Assembly: GCA_965223415.1 (NCBI GenBank)
Contig: OZ245002.1
Location: 5,600,001-5,664,000, forward strand
Reading direction: 5' to 3'
DNA from: Myxococcota bacterium
GTDB taxonomy: Bacteria; Myxococcota_A; UBA9160; UBA6930
DNA: 64,000 nt
This document shows, piece after piece, positions 39,559-59,710 of the stretch. The notes below the pieces were generated by a model. The model was not told the DNA's origin. It did no database searches and saw only the letters and a list, made by a program, of their open reading frames with translations. Each line of letters opens with the position of its first letter. The stretch's first letter is position 1. The position numbers and the translations under genes are program-made.

Positions 39559-41634
39559 GTAGATCTTCACGATCCCGCCGGCGACAGCCGGCGGAACTTC
39601 CGAATAGGTCGAGAACTGCATCGTGTAGTTCGCGCGCCCCTGGGTCATGGAACGCAGCGAGTTCACGTAGCCGAACATCTCGGCGAGGGGCACTTCGGCC
39701 CGGATCACCTGGGCGCCGCCCTGCAGATCGAGGCCGGTGATCTGGCCGCGGCGGCTGTTCAGGTCACCCTGCACCGGGCCGACGAACTCCTCCGGCGTCA
39801 CCACCTCGACGCTCATCATCGGCTCCAGGAGCACGGAGCCCGCGCTGCGCAGGGCCTCCCGCGTCGCGATCGAGCCGGCGATCTTGAAGGAACGCTCCGA
39901 GGAATCCACGTCGTGGGCCTGGCCGTCGAGCAACGTCACCTTCACGTCGACCACCGGGAAGCCCGCGAGCTCGCCGGCGGTGCAGGCCTCCTCGCAGCCC
40001 TGGCGCACCGGCCCGACGAACTCCTTCGGGACGGCGCCACCTTTCACCGCGTTCTCGAAGGTGAAGCGGCTTCCCGGCTCACCGGGCTCGAGGGCGAGCT
40101 TCACCACCGCGTAGTCCCCGGAGCCGCCGGTCTGCTTGATGTAGCGGCCCTCGGCCTTCGCGGTCCGGGTGACCGTCTCCTTGTAGGCGACCTGGGGCCG
40201 GCCGACGTTGGCGCTCACGCCGAACTCGCGCACCAGGCGATCGGTGATGATCTCCAGGTGCAGCTCGCCCATGCCGGAGACGAGGGTCTGGCCCGTCTCC
40301 TCGTCCGTCGTCACCTGGAAGGTCGGATCCTCGGCCGCCAACCGGTCGAGGGAGGTGGCCAGCTTCTCCATGTCGGCCTTGGTCTTGGCCTCGACGGCGA
40401 TCGAGATGACCGGCACCGGGAAGTCGATGGACTCGAGCAGGATCGGGTGCTGGGGGTGGCAGAGGGTCTGCCCGGTGGCGACGCCCTTCAGTCCGACCAC
40501 CGCAGCGATGTCGCCGGCGAAGATCTCCGGGATCTCTTCGCGCTTGTTCGCGTGCATCTGCAGCAGGCGCCCGATGCGCTCCTTCTTCCCGGTCACCGCG
40601 TTCAGCACCTGATCGCCGGTCTTGGCCCGCCCCGAGTAGACGCGGATGTAGGTCAGGTGGCCGACGTGCTTGTCCGTGGCGATCTTGAAGGCGAGGGCCG
40701 AGAAGGGCTCGCTGAGATCGGGCTTGCGGAGGACCTTCTCCTCCTTGCCCGGAACCGTTCCCTCCACCGGCGGTACGTCCAGGGGCGAGGGCAGCAGGTC
40801 GACCGCCGCATCGAGGAGGGGCTGCACGCCTTTGTTCCGGAAGGCGGAGCCGCACAGCACCGGGACGATCTGGAGCGACAGGGTCGCCTCGCGCAGCGCT
40901 TTCACGACGGACTCGACCGGGATCTCGGCGCCGTCCAGGTAGGCCGCCATCAGGTCCTCGTCGACGTCCGCCGCCGCCTCGATCGCCTTCTCGCGGTGCT
41001 CCGAGGCCGTGTCCTGGAGGTCCTCGGGGATCGGCTCCTCGTGGAAGGTCGCGCCGAGCTCGGTGCCGTCCCAGACGAGCGCCTTCTCACGGACCAGGTC
41101 GACGACACCGCGGAAGTTCTCGGCCTCGCCGATCGGCAGCTGGAGGGCGATGGGGTTGGCACCCAGACGCTCGCGGATCATCTCGAGCACGCGGGGAAAG
41201 TCCGCACCGACCCGGTCCATCTTGTTCACGAAGGCGATGCGCGGCACCCGGTAGCGGTCGGCCTGGCGCCAGACCGTCTCGGACTGGGGCTCGACGCCGC
41301 CCACGCCACAGAACACGGCGACCGCACCGTCGAGGACGCGGAGCGAGCGCTCCACCTCGACCGTGAAATCCACGTGGCCCGGTGTGTCGATGATGTTGAT
41401 GCGGTGGTCCTTCCAGAAGCAGGTCGTCGCGGCGGAGGTGATCGTGATGCCCCGCTCCTGCTCCTGCTCCATCCAGTCCATGGTGGCGGCGCCGTCGTGG
41501 ACCTCGCCGATCTTGTAGGTGACGCCCGTGTAGTAGAGGACGCGCTCGGTCGTGGTCGTCTTCCCGGCATCGATGTGCGCCATGATGCCGAGATTGCGCG
41601 TGCGCTCGAGAGATGTGGTCGGGGTCGGGGTCAT
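39556..41634 (-). CDS. fusA: Elongation factor G
   Basis: [39 protein letters not shown]. Confidence 0.98.
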   Translation of the reverse strand: MTPTPTTSLERTRNLGIMAHIDAGKTTTTERVLYYTGVTYKIGEVHDGAATMDWMEQEQERGITITSAATTCFWKDHRINIIDTPGHVDFTVEVERSLRVLDGAVAVFCGVGGVEPQSETVWRQADRYRVPRIAFVNKMDRVGADFPRVLEMIRERLGANPIALQLPIGEAENFRGVVDLVREKALVWDGTELGATFHEEPIPEDLQDTASEHREKAIEAAADVDEDLMAAYLDGAEIPVESVVKALREATLSLQIVPVLCGSAFRNKGVQPLLDAAVDLLPSPLDVPPVEGTVPGKEEKVLRKPDLSEPFSALAFKIATDKHVGHLTYIRVYSGRAKTGDQVLNAVTGKKERIGRLLQMHANKREEIPEIFAGDIAAVVGLKGVATGQTLCHPQHPILLESIDFPVPVISIAVEAKTKADMEKLATSLDRLAAEDPTFQVTTDEETGQTLVSGMGELHLEIITDRLVREFGVSANVGRPQVAYKETVTRTAKAEGRYIKQTGGSGDYAVVKLALEPGEPGSRFTFENAVKGGAVPKEFVGPVRQGCEEACTAGELAGFPVVDVKVTLLDGQAHDVDSSERSFKIAGSIATREALRSAGSVLLEPMMSVEVVTPEEFVGPVQGDLNSRRGQITGLDLQGGAQVIRAEVPLAEMFGYVNSLRSMTQGRANYTMQFSTYSEVPPAVAGGIVKIY

Positions 41635-41678
41635 GGTTCGACTCGCGCTGCTGCGCTCTACGCCGTCGCCTCCCTCGC

Positions 41679-42149
41679 CTACCAGCGGTAGTGCGAGAAG
41701 GCCTTGTTGGCATCCGCCATGCGGTGGGTGTCTTCGCGCTTCTTCACGGCCTCGCCCTGCTCGTTGGCCGCGTCGATCAGCTCGTTGGCGAGCTTGTCCT
41801 TCATGCTCTTGCCGCTGCGGGAACGCGCCGAGCTCACGAGCCAGCGCATCGCCAGGGAGGTGGCGCGCTCCGGGCGCACCTCGATCGGAACCTGGTAGGT
41901 CGCACCGCCGACGCGGCGAGACTTCACCTCGATCCGCGGCCGCACGTTGTCCAGGGCCCGCCGGAACATCGCCAGGGGGTCGTTGCGGGTCTTCTGCTCG
42001 ATTTCGTCGAAGGCGCCGTAGAGGATGCGCTCCGCGGTGCTCTTCTTGCCGTCGAGCATGATGATGTTCATGAAGCGGGTGACCATCCGGTCCGCGTACT
42101 TGGGGTCCGGAAGGACTTCGCGCTTGGGGACTTCTCGGCGTCGCGGCAT
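41679..42149 (-). CDS. rpsG: 30S ribosomal protein S7
   Basis: [32 protein letters not shown]. Confidence 0.98.
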   Translation of the reverse strand: MPRRREVPKREVLPDPKYADRMVTRFMNIIMLDGKKSTAERILYGAFDEIEQKTRNDPLAMFRRALDNVRPRIEVKSRRVGGATYQVPIEVRPERATSLAMRWLVSSARSRSGKSMKDKLANELIDAANEQGEAVKKREDTHRMADANKAFSHYRW

Positions 42150-42167
42150 GCGTTCCTCGAGACGGCT

Positions 42168-42197
42168 CGCGGCGACCGGGAGGGCCCGATCGCCGCG
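42168..42197. other. Stem-loop in the rpsL-rpsG spacer
   Basis: cgcggcgaccggg-aggg-cccgatcgccgcg. Confidence 0.6.
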
Positions 42198-42204
42198 GCG
42201 AAGA

Positions 42205-42576
42205 TTACTTGGGTCGCTTGGCTCCGTACTTGGAGCGGCTCTGGTTCCGGTCGGCGACCCCCGTCGAATCCAGGGTGCCGCGCACGATGTGGTAGCGGAC
42301 GCCCGGGAGATCCTTGACGCGGCCGCCCCGCACGAGCACCACCGAGTGCTCTTGAAGCGTGTGGCCGACGCCGGGGATGTAGGCGTTCACTTCCCGGCCG
42401 TTGGTCAGCCGCACCCGCGCGACCTTGCGAAGCGCCGAGTTGGGCTTCTTCGGCGTCGCCGTGAAGACGCGGATGCACACGCCGCGCCGCTGGGGACACG
42501 ACTGCAGGTCCGGAGCCTTCGAGAGCTTCGGCTTGCGGGCGCGGCCCTTGCGGATGAGCTGTTGGACGGTGGGCAT
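42205..42576 (-). CDS. rpsL: 30S ribosomal protein S12
   Basis: [37 protein letters not shown] 42576. Confidence 0.98.
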   Translation of the reverse strand: MPTVQQLIRKGRARKPKLSKAPDLQSCPQRRGVCIRVFTATPKKPNSALRKVARVRLTNGREVNAYIPGVGHTLQEHSVVLVRGGRVKDLPGVRYHIVRGTLDSTGVADRNQSRSKYGAKRPK

Positions 42577-42782
42577 GGAATCTCCGCGTGTCCGGGTAGG
42601 TCCCGGCTTGCGAGGGGTTCGGGTGTGGAGGACGCGGTGTGCGGAGGGGCGCGAAACGACAACGAGCCCTTGCGGCGACACCCTTCACCCGCGAGGAGAC
42701 CGGAGCCGGGGCTCGGGAGATTCTCCTCGCCGGCGAGGCGGCCGAAGGTGGCAACTACCCTCGCAGACCGAGAAACCGCAGC

Positions 42783-42810
42783 ATCTTAACGGGCTTGCGA
42801 TCCCTGTCAA
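42783..42810 (-). promoter_or_regulatory. sigma70 promoter of the str/S10 operon
   Basis: Minus strand TTGACA-N16-TAAGAT about 200 nt upstream of rpsL. Confidence 0.75.
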
Positions 42811-42864
42811 CGTGCCCGAGAAGGGCCAGAAGGTGAGGAAGCGGGGCCAAAGGGACCCGCTGAA

Positions 42865-47031
<4,167 letters not shown>

Positions 47032-47044
47032 GTGATCGGTCCCC

Positions 47045-51232
<4,188 letters not shown>

Positions 51233-51319
51233 TCTGTCACCTCGGTTGGAGGTTGCGGACACGGTACGGACGCGGCAGGACGCCCCGGGCGCGCGCCCGG
51301 GACGCCTCGGGAGCAGGAG

Positions 51320-51697
51320 CTACTTGACGTCGACCTGACCGCCGGCGCCCTCGATCTGCTCCTTGATCTTGTCCGCCTCGTCCTTCTCGACGCCTTCCTT
51401 CACGGCCTTCGGAGCGCCCTCGACGAGCTCCTTGGCCTCCTTCAGGCCCAGGCCGGTGATCGCGCGGACCTCCTTGATGACCTGGATCTTCTTGTCGCCG
51501 GCGGACAGCAGGATCACGTCGAACTCGGTCTTCTCCTCGGCGGCGGCCTCGCCGCCGCCGGCGCCGGGCGCAGCCGCCACCGCGACGGGCGCGGCAGCGG
51601 TGACGCCCCACTTCTCCTCGAGAAGCTTGGAGAGCTCCGCCGCTTCCATGACGGTGAGCTCCGAGAGCTGGTCGGCAATTGCGTTCAGATCGGCCAT
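51320..51697 (-). CDS. rplL: 50S ribosomal protein L7/L12
   Basis: [37 protein letters not shown] 51697. Confidence 0.98.
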   Translation of the reverse strand: MADLNAIADQLSELTVMEAAELSKLLEEKWGVTAAAPVAVAAAPGAGGGEAAAEEKTEFDVILLSAGDKKIQVIKEVRAITGLGLKEAKELVEGAPKAVKEGVEKDEADKIKEQIEGAGGQVDVK

Positions 51698-51792
51698 GGT
51701 GGTTCTACCTTCCAATGTCGGGCGGTCCGAGCGGATCCCAGGGGACCCTCCCGCCCCGTGCAGGGGTTGACTGTGAAACCTGGACGGCGCGC

Positions 51793-52335
51793 CTAGGCGC
51801 CGCCGGACTCCTCGAGCTGGGCTCGGCGGGCGTCCGTCACCCGGGCGAGCTGGGACGCGGGGGCCGCGAGGACCGCCGCGATCTTCTGGGCCGGCGCCTG
51901 GAGCAGGCCGACGATCTTGCCGCGCAGCTCATCGAGCCCGGGCAGGGTGGCGAGGGTGCCGATCTCGCCGGTGTCGACCGCGCGGCCGTCGAGCAGGCCG
52001 CCCTTGATCTCGAAGGCCTCGTTCTCGTCGGCATAGCCGACGAGAACCTTCGCCAGGCCCACCGGATCTCCGTAGGAGATGGCCACCGCGGTCGGTCCGA
52101 CGAAGTGCTCGTTCAGCGCCTCGGCGGAGCTTCCCTCCGCAGCGCGCTTCAGCACCGAGTTCTTGACGACCCGGTACTCGTACTCGCCGTCCCCCTCGGT
52201 GTGGAGCTGGCTTCGGAGGCCGTTGACCGACATCACGTCGATGCCGCGGTAGTCGGCCAAAATGATGGTGCTCGCCTTCTCGAACTTCTCCTTGAGTTCG
52301 GCGACGGCTTCCTGCTTCTTTGCGTAGGTCAGCAT
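51793..52335 (-). CDS. rplJ: 50S ribosomal protein L10
   Basis: ADYRGI, RVVKNSV, GPTAVA, LATLP. Confidence 0.95.
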   Translation of the reverse strand: MLTYAKKQEAVAELKEKFEKASTIILADYRGIDVMSVNGLRSQLHTEGDGEYEYRVVKNSVLKRAAEGSSAEALNEHFVGPTAVAISYGDPVGLAKVLVGYADENEAFEIKGGLLDGRAVDTGEIGTLATLPGLDELRGKIVGLLQAPAQKIAAVLAAPASQLARVTDARRAQLEESGGA

Positions 52336-52351
52336 TTCGTTGCGCTCCCGC

Positions 52352-53056
52352 TCACGCGGCCTTCTCGACCGAGGACGGATCGATCCGGATGCCGGGGCCC
52401 ATCGTGGTCGAGATCGAGATCTTCTTGAGGTAGGTGCCCTTCGCGGCGGCTGGCTTGGCCTTCAGCACCGCGTCGATGAGGGCACTGGCGTTCGCGAGCA
52501 GCTGGTCGGCCTCGAAGGAACGCTTGCCGATCGAGGCGTGGATGATCCCGTTCTTGTCCACGCGGTACTCGACCTTGCCCGCCTTGTTCTCGGAGACGGC
52601 GCGGCCGACGTCCTGGGTCACGGTGCCGAGCTTGGGGTTCGGCATGAGGCCGCGGGGGCCGAGCACCTTTCCGAGCCGGCCGACCACGCTCATCATGTCC
52701 GGCGTGGCGATCACCCGCTCGAACTCGAGCCAGCCCTCGTCCTGGATCTTCTTGGCCAGGTCCTCGGCGCCCACGTAGTCGGCGCCGGCCTCGGTGGCCT
52801 CCTTCTCCTTCTCGCCCTTCGCGAACACCAGGATGCGCATGTCGCGGCCCGTGCCGTGGGGGAGCACGATCGCTCCGCGCACCATCTGGTCGGCGTGCTT
52901 CGGATCGACGCCCAGGTTCATCGCGATGTCGACGCTCTCATCGAACTTTGCCGGCGGCGCACCCTTCAGGATCTCGATGCCCGCATTCAGCTCGTAGAGC
53001 GTGTCACGATCGAGGCCCTCGGAGGCCGTGTTGTAGCGCTTGCTATGCCTCGGCAT
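52352..53056 (-). CDS. rplA: 50S ribosomal protein L1
   Basis: [40 protein letters not shown] 53056. Confidence 0.98.
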   Translation of the reverse strand: MPRHSKRYNTASEGLDRDTLYELNAGIEILKGAPPAKFDESVDIAMNLGVDPKHADQMVRGAIVLPHGTGRDMRILVFAKGEKEKEATEAGADYVGAEDLAKKIQDEGWLEFERVIATPDMMSVVGRLGKVLGPRGLMPNPKLGTVTQDVGRAVSENKAGKVEYRVDKNGIIHASIGKRSFEADQLLANASALIDAVLKAKPAAAKGTYLKKISISTTMGPGIRIDPSSVEKAA

Positions 53057-53058
53057 GC

Positions 53059-53484
53059 CTAGCCCTCCACCTCGATGCCCATCGAGCGGGCCGTGCCCGC
53101 GACGATGTTCATCGCCGCCTCGATCGTGTGGGCGTTGAGGTCGGGCATCTTCGTCTGGGCGATCTCCTCGACCTGGGCCTTCGTGACCGTCCCCACCTTG
53201 TTCCGGTTCGGCTCGCCAGAGCCCTTCTCGAGCTTGGCCGCCTTCTTGAGCAGCACCGCTGCCGGCGGCGTCTTCAGCTCGAAGGTGAAGGAGCGGTCGG
53301 CATAGACGGTGATCAGCGCGGGGATGATCAGGCCGGCCTGATCCTGGGTCCTCGCGTTGAACGCCTTGCAGAACTCCATGATGTTGACGCCGTGCTGGCC
53401 CAGGGCGGGTCCCACCGGCGGCGCGGGGTTCGCCTGCCCCGCCGGACACTGGAGCTTGATCTGTCCAATGACCTTCTTTGCCAT
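53059..53484 (-). CDS. rplK: 50S ribosomal protein L11
   Basis: [35 protein letters not shown]. Confidence 0.98.
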   Translation of the reverse strand: MAKKVIGQIKLQCPAGQANPAPPVGPALGQHGVNIMEFCKAFNARTQDQAGLIIPALITVYADRSFTFELKTPPAAVLLKKAAKLEKGSGEPNRNKVGTVTKAQVEEIAQTKMPDLNAHTIEAAMNIVAGTARSMGIEVEG

Positions 53485-53500
53485 TCAGGGTTTCCTCTCG

Positions 53501-53536
53501 CGGGTTCGAGCGGGCGCCGCGAAGGCGCCCTCCCCG
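53501..53536 (-). promoter_or_regulatory. Candidate L1-binding autoregulatory mRNA site upstream of rplK
   Basis: Minus strand CGGGGAG-GGCGCC-ttcgc-GGCGCC-cgctcgAA-CCCG: hairpin with an asymmetric GA/AA internal loop. Confidence 0.5.
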
Positions 53537-53585
53537 TCGTTCGAGTCGCTCGCGGGCACCGGGACGCACCGCGAGGATGCGGCCC

Positions 53586-54125
53586 TCAGGCCTTCTCCAC
53601 GTTCACGTAGTCGAGCATCACCGGGGTGGCCCGACCGAACACCTGCACCATCACGCGGACCTTCTCCTTCTCCGGAAGGACTTCGTCCACGAATCCCGAG
53701 AAGTTGGCGAAGGGGCCGTTCACGACCCGCACGCTCTCGCCTTCTTCGAAAATGATCTTGGGCTTCGGCTTCGCCGCGCCCTCCTTCATCTGCTGCGTCA
53801 TGCTGGCCACGTCTTCGTCCGGGATCGGCGTCGGTCGCTCGCCGCCTCCCACGAAGCCCGTGACCTTGGGCGTGTCCTTCACGATGTGCCACGTCTCGTC
53901 CGTCAGGTTCATGTGGACGAGGATGTAGCCGGGAAAGAACTTCCTCTTCGAGGTCTGCTTCTTGCCCTTCACGACTTCGACGACGTTCTCCTCGGGGATG
54001 AGGATCTCGTCGATCTCCGCCTCGTGACCGAAGGTCTTGGCCCGCTCCAGCAGCGACTGCTTGGCCTTGGCCTCGTGGCCCGAGTACGTATGGACGATGT
54101 ACCACTTCTTGTCCATGGACCTCAT
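53586..54125 (-). CDS. nusG: Transcription termination/antitermination factor NusG (alternative start 54116)
   Basis: [43 protein letters not shown]. Confidence 0.98.
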   Translation of the reverse strand: MRSMDKKWYIVHTYSGHEAKAKQSLLERAKTFGHEAEIDEILIPEENVVEVVKGKKQTSKRKFFPGYILVHMNLTDETWHIVKDTPKVTGFVGGGERPTPIPDEDVASMTQQMKEGAAKPKPKIIFEEGESVRVVNGPFANFSGFVDEVLPEKEKVRVMVQVFGRATPVMLDYVNVEKA

Positions 54126-54129
54126 GCCC

Positions 54130-54336
54130 TCAGTCGAGGAGCAGCTCCATCACGCTCGTGAGTCCGGCGTCGATCAGCCCGAGCGCGAGGGTCAGGAAGA
54201 TGACGATCACGACCACGCCGACGGTCCCTCCCACGTACTCCCGCTGGCCCGGCCAGGTGATCTTGTTGAACTCGCTCCGGACCTCGGACAGGTAGGTCCT
54301 GCCCTGCTGGATCCAGACTGCGGGGTTCATTTCCAC
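54130..54336 (-). CDS. secE: Preprotein translocase subunit SecE
   Basis: [12 protein letters not shown] followed by a TM helix; tRNA-Trp-secE-nusG synteny. Confidence 0.92.
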   Translation of the reverse strand: MEMNPAVWIQQGRTYLSEVRSEFNKITWPGQREYVGGTVGVVVIVIFLTLALGLIDAGLTSVMELLLD

Positions 54337-54386
54337 GGCTGCTTCGCGCCTTCCAGTTTCCGGTCTTCAAGCCGTCGTTCGAACGA

Positions 54387-54462
54387 TGGCAGGTGCGGAG
54401 GGACTCGAACCCCCAACCTCCGGATTTGGAGTCCGGTGCACTACCAGTTGTGCTACGCACCT
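54387..54462 (-). tRNA. tRNA-Trp(CCA)
   Basis: AGGTGCG acceptor, CTCCAAA anticodon loop, GTTCGAGTC T-loop, CCA end; 76 nt. Confidence 0.96.
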
Positions 54463-54598
54463 ATTGTTTCGCGATTCTTCGCTCGCCTTCGGCTCGCTGC
54501 GCGCCCCGGCAGGGCTTGCGGTCGCACCGGCTCGCGGCTCTCGCCGCTCGCTCACCTGCCCGCATGCACGACTAGGGAGGCCTCGAGCGTCTCCAGCG

Positions 54599-55789
<1,191 letters not shown>

Positions 55790-55876
55790 TCGACTCTCTC
55801 GACTCCCTGTTGGGCCCTCCCCGTCGATCCCGCCGCTGGGCAGGAGCTGGACCGGGATGGGATTGGGTGGACGATC

Positions 55877-55952
<76 letters not shown>

Positions 55953-55961
55953 GATTGAAAA

Positions 55962-56038
55962 TGGAGCGGGAAACGGGACTCGAACCCGCGACCCCGAGCT
56001 TGGAAGGCTCGTGCTCTAGCCAACTGAGCTATTCCCGC
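55962..56038 (-). tRNA. tRNA-Gly(TCC)
   Basis: GCGGGAA acceptor, CTTCCAA loop, GTTCGAGTC, CCA end. Confidence 0.96.
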
Positions 56039-56065
56039 CTCGGAGACAACGGGGAAGGCCTGGGC

Positions 56066-56151
56066 TGGTGGAGAGGGGAGGATTCGAACCTCCGAAGTCA
56101 TAAGACAGCAGATTTACAGTCTGCCCCGTTTGGCCGCTTCGGTACCTCTCC
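56066..56151 (-). tRNA. tRNA-Tyr(GTA)
   Basis: GGAGAGG acceptor, CTGTAAA loop, long variable arm, GTTCGAATC, CCA end. Confidence 0.96.
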
Positions 56152-56424
56152 ACGCCTCTCGAGGGCGCGCCCCGAACGAAACTGTGTCTTCCTTTCGGTT
56201 TGGGCTGACTTGAACGAATGGAAAGCAAGCGAAAGCGTAGAGCCCACCATCGCCCGCCTCGCCGCTTCGCGCTCTCGAGTGTTTCGAGGGATGCTAGTTC
56301 GGCGAGGGACCGTGGCGAGATCGAACGCTGTCGCTCTCGTTGATCGATGTTGGTTTGTGCGGGCGAAGGCCGCGCCGCCCCTCTCGGCTGGCGAACCCCC
56401 CGGCACTCCCGCAGTTCCCCCGGT

Positions 56425-56500
56425 TGGAGCTGGCGGAGGGACTTGAACCCACAACCTGCGGATTACAAATCCGCCGCTCTACCGGTTGAGCTACGCCAGC
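56425..56500 (-). tRNA. tRNA-Thr(TGT)
   Basis: GCTGGCG acceptor, TTTGTAA loop, GTTCAAGTC, CCA end. Confidence 0.96.
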
Positions 56501-56520
56501 CTGGGGCCGACCGAGCGGGG

Positions 56521-56549
56521 ATCATAGGCGCCGCCGCCCGGCCCCGCAA
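56521..56549 (-). promoter_or_regulatory. Candidate sigma70 promoter of the tRNA-tuf operon
   Basis: Minus strand TTGCGG-N17-TATGAT followed by a GC-rich discriminator, 20 nt before tRNA-Thr. Confidence 0.6.
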
Positions 56550-56575
56550 CGCGCAAACCACCCCATTCCGGGGAC

Positions 56576-57313
56576 TTACGGGCGAAGTCGCGGCCCCCCG
56601 CGGCGCACGGCCTCGTACAGGAGCACGGCCGCGGCGGTCGACACGTTCAGCGACGCCATGTGGCCCAGCATGGGGAGTCCCACCCGGAAGTCCACTGCCT
56701 CCCGAACCCCTTTGCGAAGCCCCTTGCCCTCGGCGCCGAGCACGAACACCAGGGGCCCGGTCCAGATCCGGTCCTCGGTCTCGAAGAGAGAGGGGGCGTC
56801 GGCATCGCCGCCGATCGACCAGAAGCCTCCTTCTCGGAGGCTCACCAGGGCCCGCTTCAGGTTGGGCACCCGCCCCACGGGGAGGTGCTCGATGGCGCCG
56901 GCGCTGGCCCGGGAGACCGCGGCGGAGAGGGGCGGCGCGTGCCGTCGGGTGAGGAGGAGGCCCGCGCACCCGCCGGCCTCGGCGACCCGGGCGATGGCGC
57001 CGACGTTGTGGGGGTCCTCGACCCCGTCGAGGGCGACCAGCCAAGGCGTGGCCGCCCCGGCGCACAGGGCCGCGAGCGGCTCCAGATCGAGCTCGGGCAG
57101 TGCGCCCACCTCGAGCCGCACGCCCTGGGTCTCCTCCGAGCCGCGCTCCGGGGCGAGCTCGGAAATCGCGAGGCCCTGCTCCCCTGCCAGACGGCGGATC
57201 TCCGCGAGCTCGTCCCGCTCGCCCCGGCCGGGCCGCAGCTCCAGCCGGCGCAGCGCCCGGCGCCGGGCACGCAGCGCCTCCAGCACCGAATGCACCCCGG
57301 TCAGCCACTCCAC
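56576..57313 (-). CDS. rlmB: 23S rRNA (G2251-2'-O)-methyltransferase, TrmH family
   Basis: GVHSVLEAL, LDGVEDPHNVGAIAR, VLGAEGKGLR, SLNVSTAAAVLLYE; GTG 57313. Confidence 0.9.
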   Translation of the reverse strand: MEWLTGVHSVLEALRARRRALRRLELRPGRGERDELAEIRRLAGEQGLAISELAPERGSEETQGVRLEVGALPELDLEPLAALCAGAATPWLVALDGVEDPHNVGAIARVAEAGGCAGLLLTRRHAPPLSAAVSRASAGAIEHLPVGRVPNLKRALVSLREGGFWSIGGDADAPSLFETEDRIWTGPLVFVLGAEGKGLRKGVREAVDFRVGLPMLGHMASLNVSTAAAVLLYEAVRRGGPRLRP

Positions 57314-57341
57314 GAGGGCGGAGGATGGCAGGAATCCCGCC

Positions 57342-58613
57342 CTAGGCGAGGCCCTCGCGGCGAAGGCCGCGGAGGCCTTCCAGGACGTCGTCGGGTCGGG
57401 GCACCCGCGGGTGGTTCTTGATCTCGAACTCGAGGTAGGCAATGAGCTCGCCCAACGCCCCGACCAGCTGCTCCTCCCGATCGCCGGGAAGCTTCAGGGC
57501 ACGGGCGACGAGAACGTCGGCGTCCAGGGCGCCTCGGGCTCCGAGGGTCACCCCGGTCAGCAAGGCTGGGAAGCGGCCGGTCGCATCGTCGAGCACCCGG
57601 CCCAGCCGCTCGAGCACGGCCGTCTCCGCTCTCTCCACGCCGGCGAGCACGCCGACCAGCTCGGCCACCAGCTTGGTGAGGGCCGCCACCCGCTCCCGGA
57701 GGACCTCGGGATCGATGTCCCGCAGCTCGCCCTCCACGAGGACGCCGCCGCTCTCGGGCAGGCGCATGAGCTGCACCGCCCCGACCAGGCGCAGGAGCTG
57801 GATGCTGCGGGCCGCGGAGGCCGGGTCGAAGTCGAGCAGCCGGCACACGTCGTCGAAGGAGCGGCCGGCGCCGATGGCGTCGGCCAGGGCCCGCTCGTTC
57901 CCGCCCAGATCGGCGTGGAAGCCCTCGACCCGGGCCAGACCCACCCGCGGATCCCGCAGGACGGCCAGGAACTTCGCCAGCTCCTCGCTGCGCAAGAGCC
58001 CCTCTTCGACCAGGCGTCCCGTCTCGAGGGCCAGCCGCACCACGTTGTCGGGCTCGACCTCGCCCTCCCAGAACCAGACCGTGCCGCTCGCGTAGGCGAA
58101 GAGCGAGCGCACCACCTCCTCGACCTGGTACTTCACGCCGTTCCAGAGCTCGCGGGGCGTGAGCAGACCGTGCTCGACCAGGACCTTGCCGAAGCGGTCG
58201 CCGGCTTCGGTGGGACGGAAGTGGCGCTCGGCCTCGCGGAGCTGACCCAGGTCGATGACCCCGGCCCGCAGCAGGCACTCTCCGAGCCGATCGACGCGTT
58301 GGTTCGAGGTGGCGAACACCACCTCGCCGCGCTGGAGATAGACGGTCTTCCGGTGGTCGCGGTAGCGGAAGCGCAGCAGGCCCGAGCGGCCCGAGCCGTG
58401 GATCGCCCGCAGCACGAAGGCCAGGGGGAAGGTCTCGATCTCCGCCCGAAGGACCGGCGCCGACGCCGGCAGGGCCTCGCCCTCCCCGCTCTCCCGCGAG
58501 AGTAGAACCGAGGTCGGGGTCACCTCGACCAGCCCGAGGCGATCTCCCTCCGGCAGACCCAGCCGCTCGCGCAGCGTCTCTCCAAGCGTTCCCAGGCTTC
58601 CGGCCACAGGCAT
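57342..58613 (-). CDS. DUF4388 (PATAN-like) domain protein
   Basis: LAFVLRAIHGSGRSGLLRF..KTVYLQRGEVVFATSN..RLGECLLRAG..RFGKVLVEHG pattern; start ATG 58613 inferred. Confidence 0.75.
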   Translation of the reverse strand: MPVAGSLGTLGETLRERLGLPEGDRLGLVEVTPTSVLLSRESGEGEALPASAPVLRAEIETFPLAFVLRAIHGSGRSGLLRFRYRDHRKTVYLQRGEVVFATSNQRVDRLGECLLRAGVIDLGQLREAERHFRPTEAGDRFGKVLVEHGLLTPRELWNGVKYQVEEVVRSLFAYASGTVWFWEGEVEPDNVVRLALETGRLVEEGLLRSEELAKFLAVLRDPRVGLARVEGFHADLGGNERALADAIGAGRSFDDVCRLLDFDPASAARSIQLLRLVGAVQLMRLPESGGVLVEGELRDIDPEVLRERVAALTKLVAELVGVLAGVERAETAVLERLGRVLDDATGRFPALLTGVTLGARGALDADVLVARALKLPGDREEQLVGALGELIAYLEFEIKNHPRVPRPDDVLEGLRGLRREGLA

Positions 58614-58736
58614 GCCCTCCCGCCGGCCGAACCGGCCGCGACTCCGGCTCCATCGACCTCGGGCCGCCCATCCTTGAGGCGATCTGCACTCAAGTTGCCG
58701 GTTGGTGAGGGCGATGATGCGGAAAGGGGGAACGCC

Positions 58737-59129
58737 ATGACGGACTCGTTCGATCGCTCGCGACGCCATCGCCGCGTCTCGGTCCACGTCCCGGTCCATC
58801 TCTCGACGATCGATCCGGAAACGGATCCGCGCACCGGCCGGCCCTACTTCCGGGACACCCGCGAGTACGTGGCGAACGTTTCGCGCGGCGGCGCGTTCAT
58901 CCGCACCGACGACCCGCCCACGCCCGGGCACCGGGTGCTGGTTCGCATCCACGTGCCCGACGCGGAGCCGATCGAGACGGTCGGCCGCATCGCCTGGTCC
59001 AAGAAGGTGCTCGCCGCGCCGGGGAACGCGGAGGACGACGAGGGCGGAGTCGGCATCGAGTTCCTGCCGGACGGGGCCGACCTCGACGCGATCGGCCGGG
59101 CCCTGGACCTGCCGAGCGAGGACCGCTGA
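58737..59129 (+). CDS. PilZ domain protein
   Basis: RRHRR (RxxxR) and NVSRGG ([D/N]xSxxG) motifs, GRIAW..GVGIEF. Confidence 0.85.
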   Translation: MTDSFDRSRRHRRVSVHVPVHLSTIDPETDPRTGRPYFRDTREYVANVSRGGAFIRTDDPPTPGHRVLVRIHVPDAEPIETVGRIAWSKKVLAAPGNAEDDEGGVGIEFLPDGADLDAIGRALDLPSEDR

Positions 59130-59163
59130 CCCGCCACGCCCGCCCGCCGGGCGGACCGCTGGG

Positions 59164-59246
59164 TGCCCGGGGCAGGACTCGAACCTGCACGGCCAATGGC
59201 CAGACGATTTTAAGTCGTCCGCGTCTACCCGTTTCGCCACCCGGGC
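59164..59246 (-). tRNA. tRNA-Leu(TAA)
   Basis: GCCCGGG acceptor, CTTAAAA loop, long variable arm, GTTCGAGTC; 3' end reads A-CCCA, so CCA is not exactly encoded. Confidence 0.93.
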
Positions 59247-59267
59247 GAGGTGGACCGGGGGTTCAGC

Positions 59268-59570
59268 CTAGCCCGCGATCTCGATGCGCTCCCGCACCCC
59301 ATCCTGGGCCAGCAGCTCCTCGAGGGTGTCGCGGTCGAGGAGGGTGGTGCGCTGGTATCCCCATTCGGGAGCGTCGATCTCGAGCCGGAAGATCTCGCGG
59401 GGACGCTCGAAGATCTGACGGATCCGAACCGTGCCTTCGCCGCCCTGGATCTCCGCCAGAAGCGAGTGCAGGATGCGCTCCACGCGCCGCGCCGAGCGCA
59501 CTGCGGGGTGCAGGTGCTGCTCGTAGGAGCGGTTGCGACTGGGCACTCGGAAACGGCCGGTCTGGCTCAT
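59268..59570 (-). CDS. Hypothetical protein (about 100 aa)
   Basis: Fills the gap between hsp20 and tRNA-Leu with plausible globular composition (MSQTGRFRVP...RERIEIAG); no recognised motif. Confidence 0.6.
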   Translation of the reverse strand: MSQTGRFRVPSRNRSYEQHLHPAVRSARRVERILHSLLAEIQGGEGTVRIRQIFERPREIFRLEIDAPEWGYQRTTLLDRDTLEELLAQDGVRERIEIAG

Positions 59571-59710
59571 CGAAGAGAGCATGCCGTGCGGCGCCGGGCC
59601 GATCAAGCGAGCTCGACGAACCGCCCGGGCACGTGTCGACCGAGCGAGGCGATCCGGCGGCCTGGCCCTGCCGGGCCGCCGGCGACGACACGTCGCGTCG
59701 GACGCCTTCG

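Noticed and set aside
51281..51307. Hairpin between rplL and rpoB as an intrinsic terminator
   Set aside because: Inverted repeat is present but lacks a U-tract; function cannot be supported
54460..54570. Short minus-strand [24 protein letters not shown]... as an rpmG remnant
   Set aside because: No L33 motifs (CxxC..RNY); low-complexity composition
59160..59246. tRNA-Leu as an integration site or bldA-like regulator
   Set aside because: No integrase or duplicated 3' end is visible, and TTA usage cannot be assessed from this window
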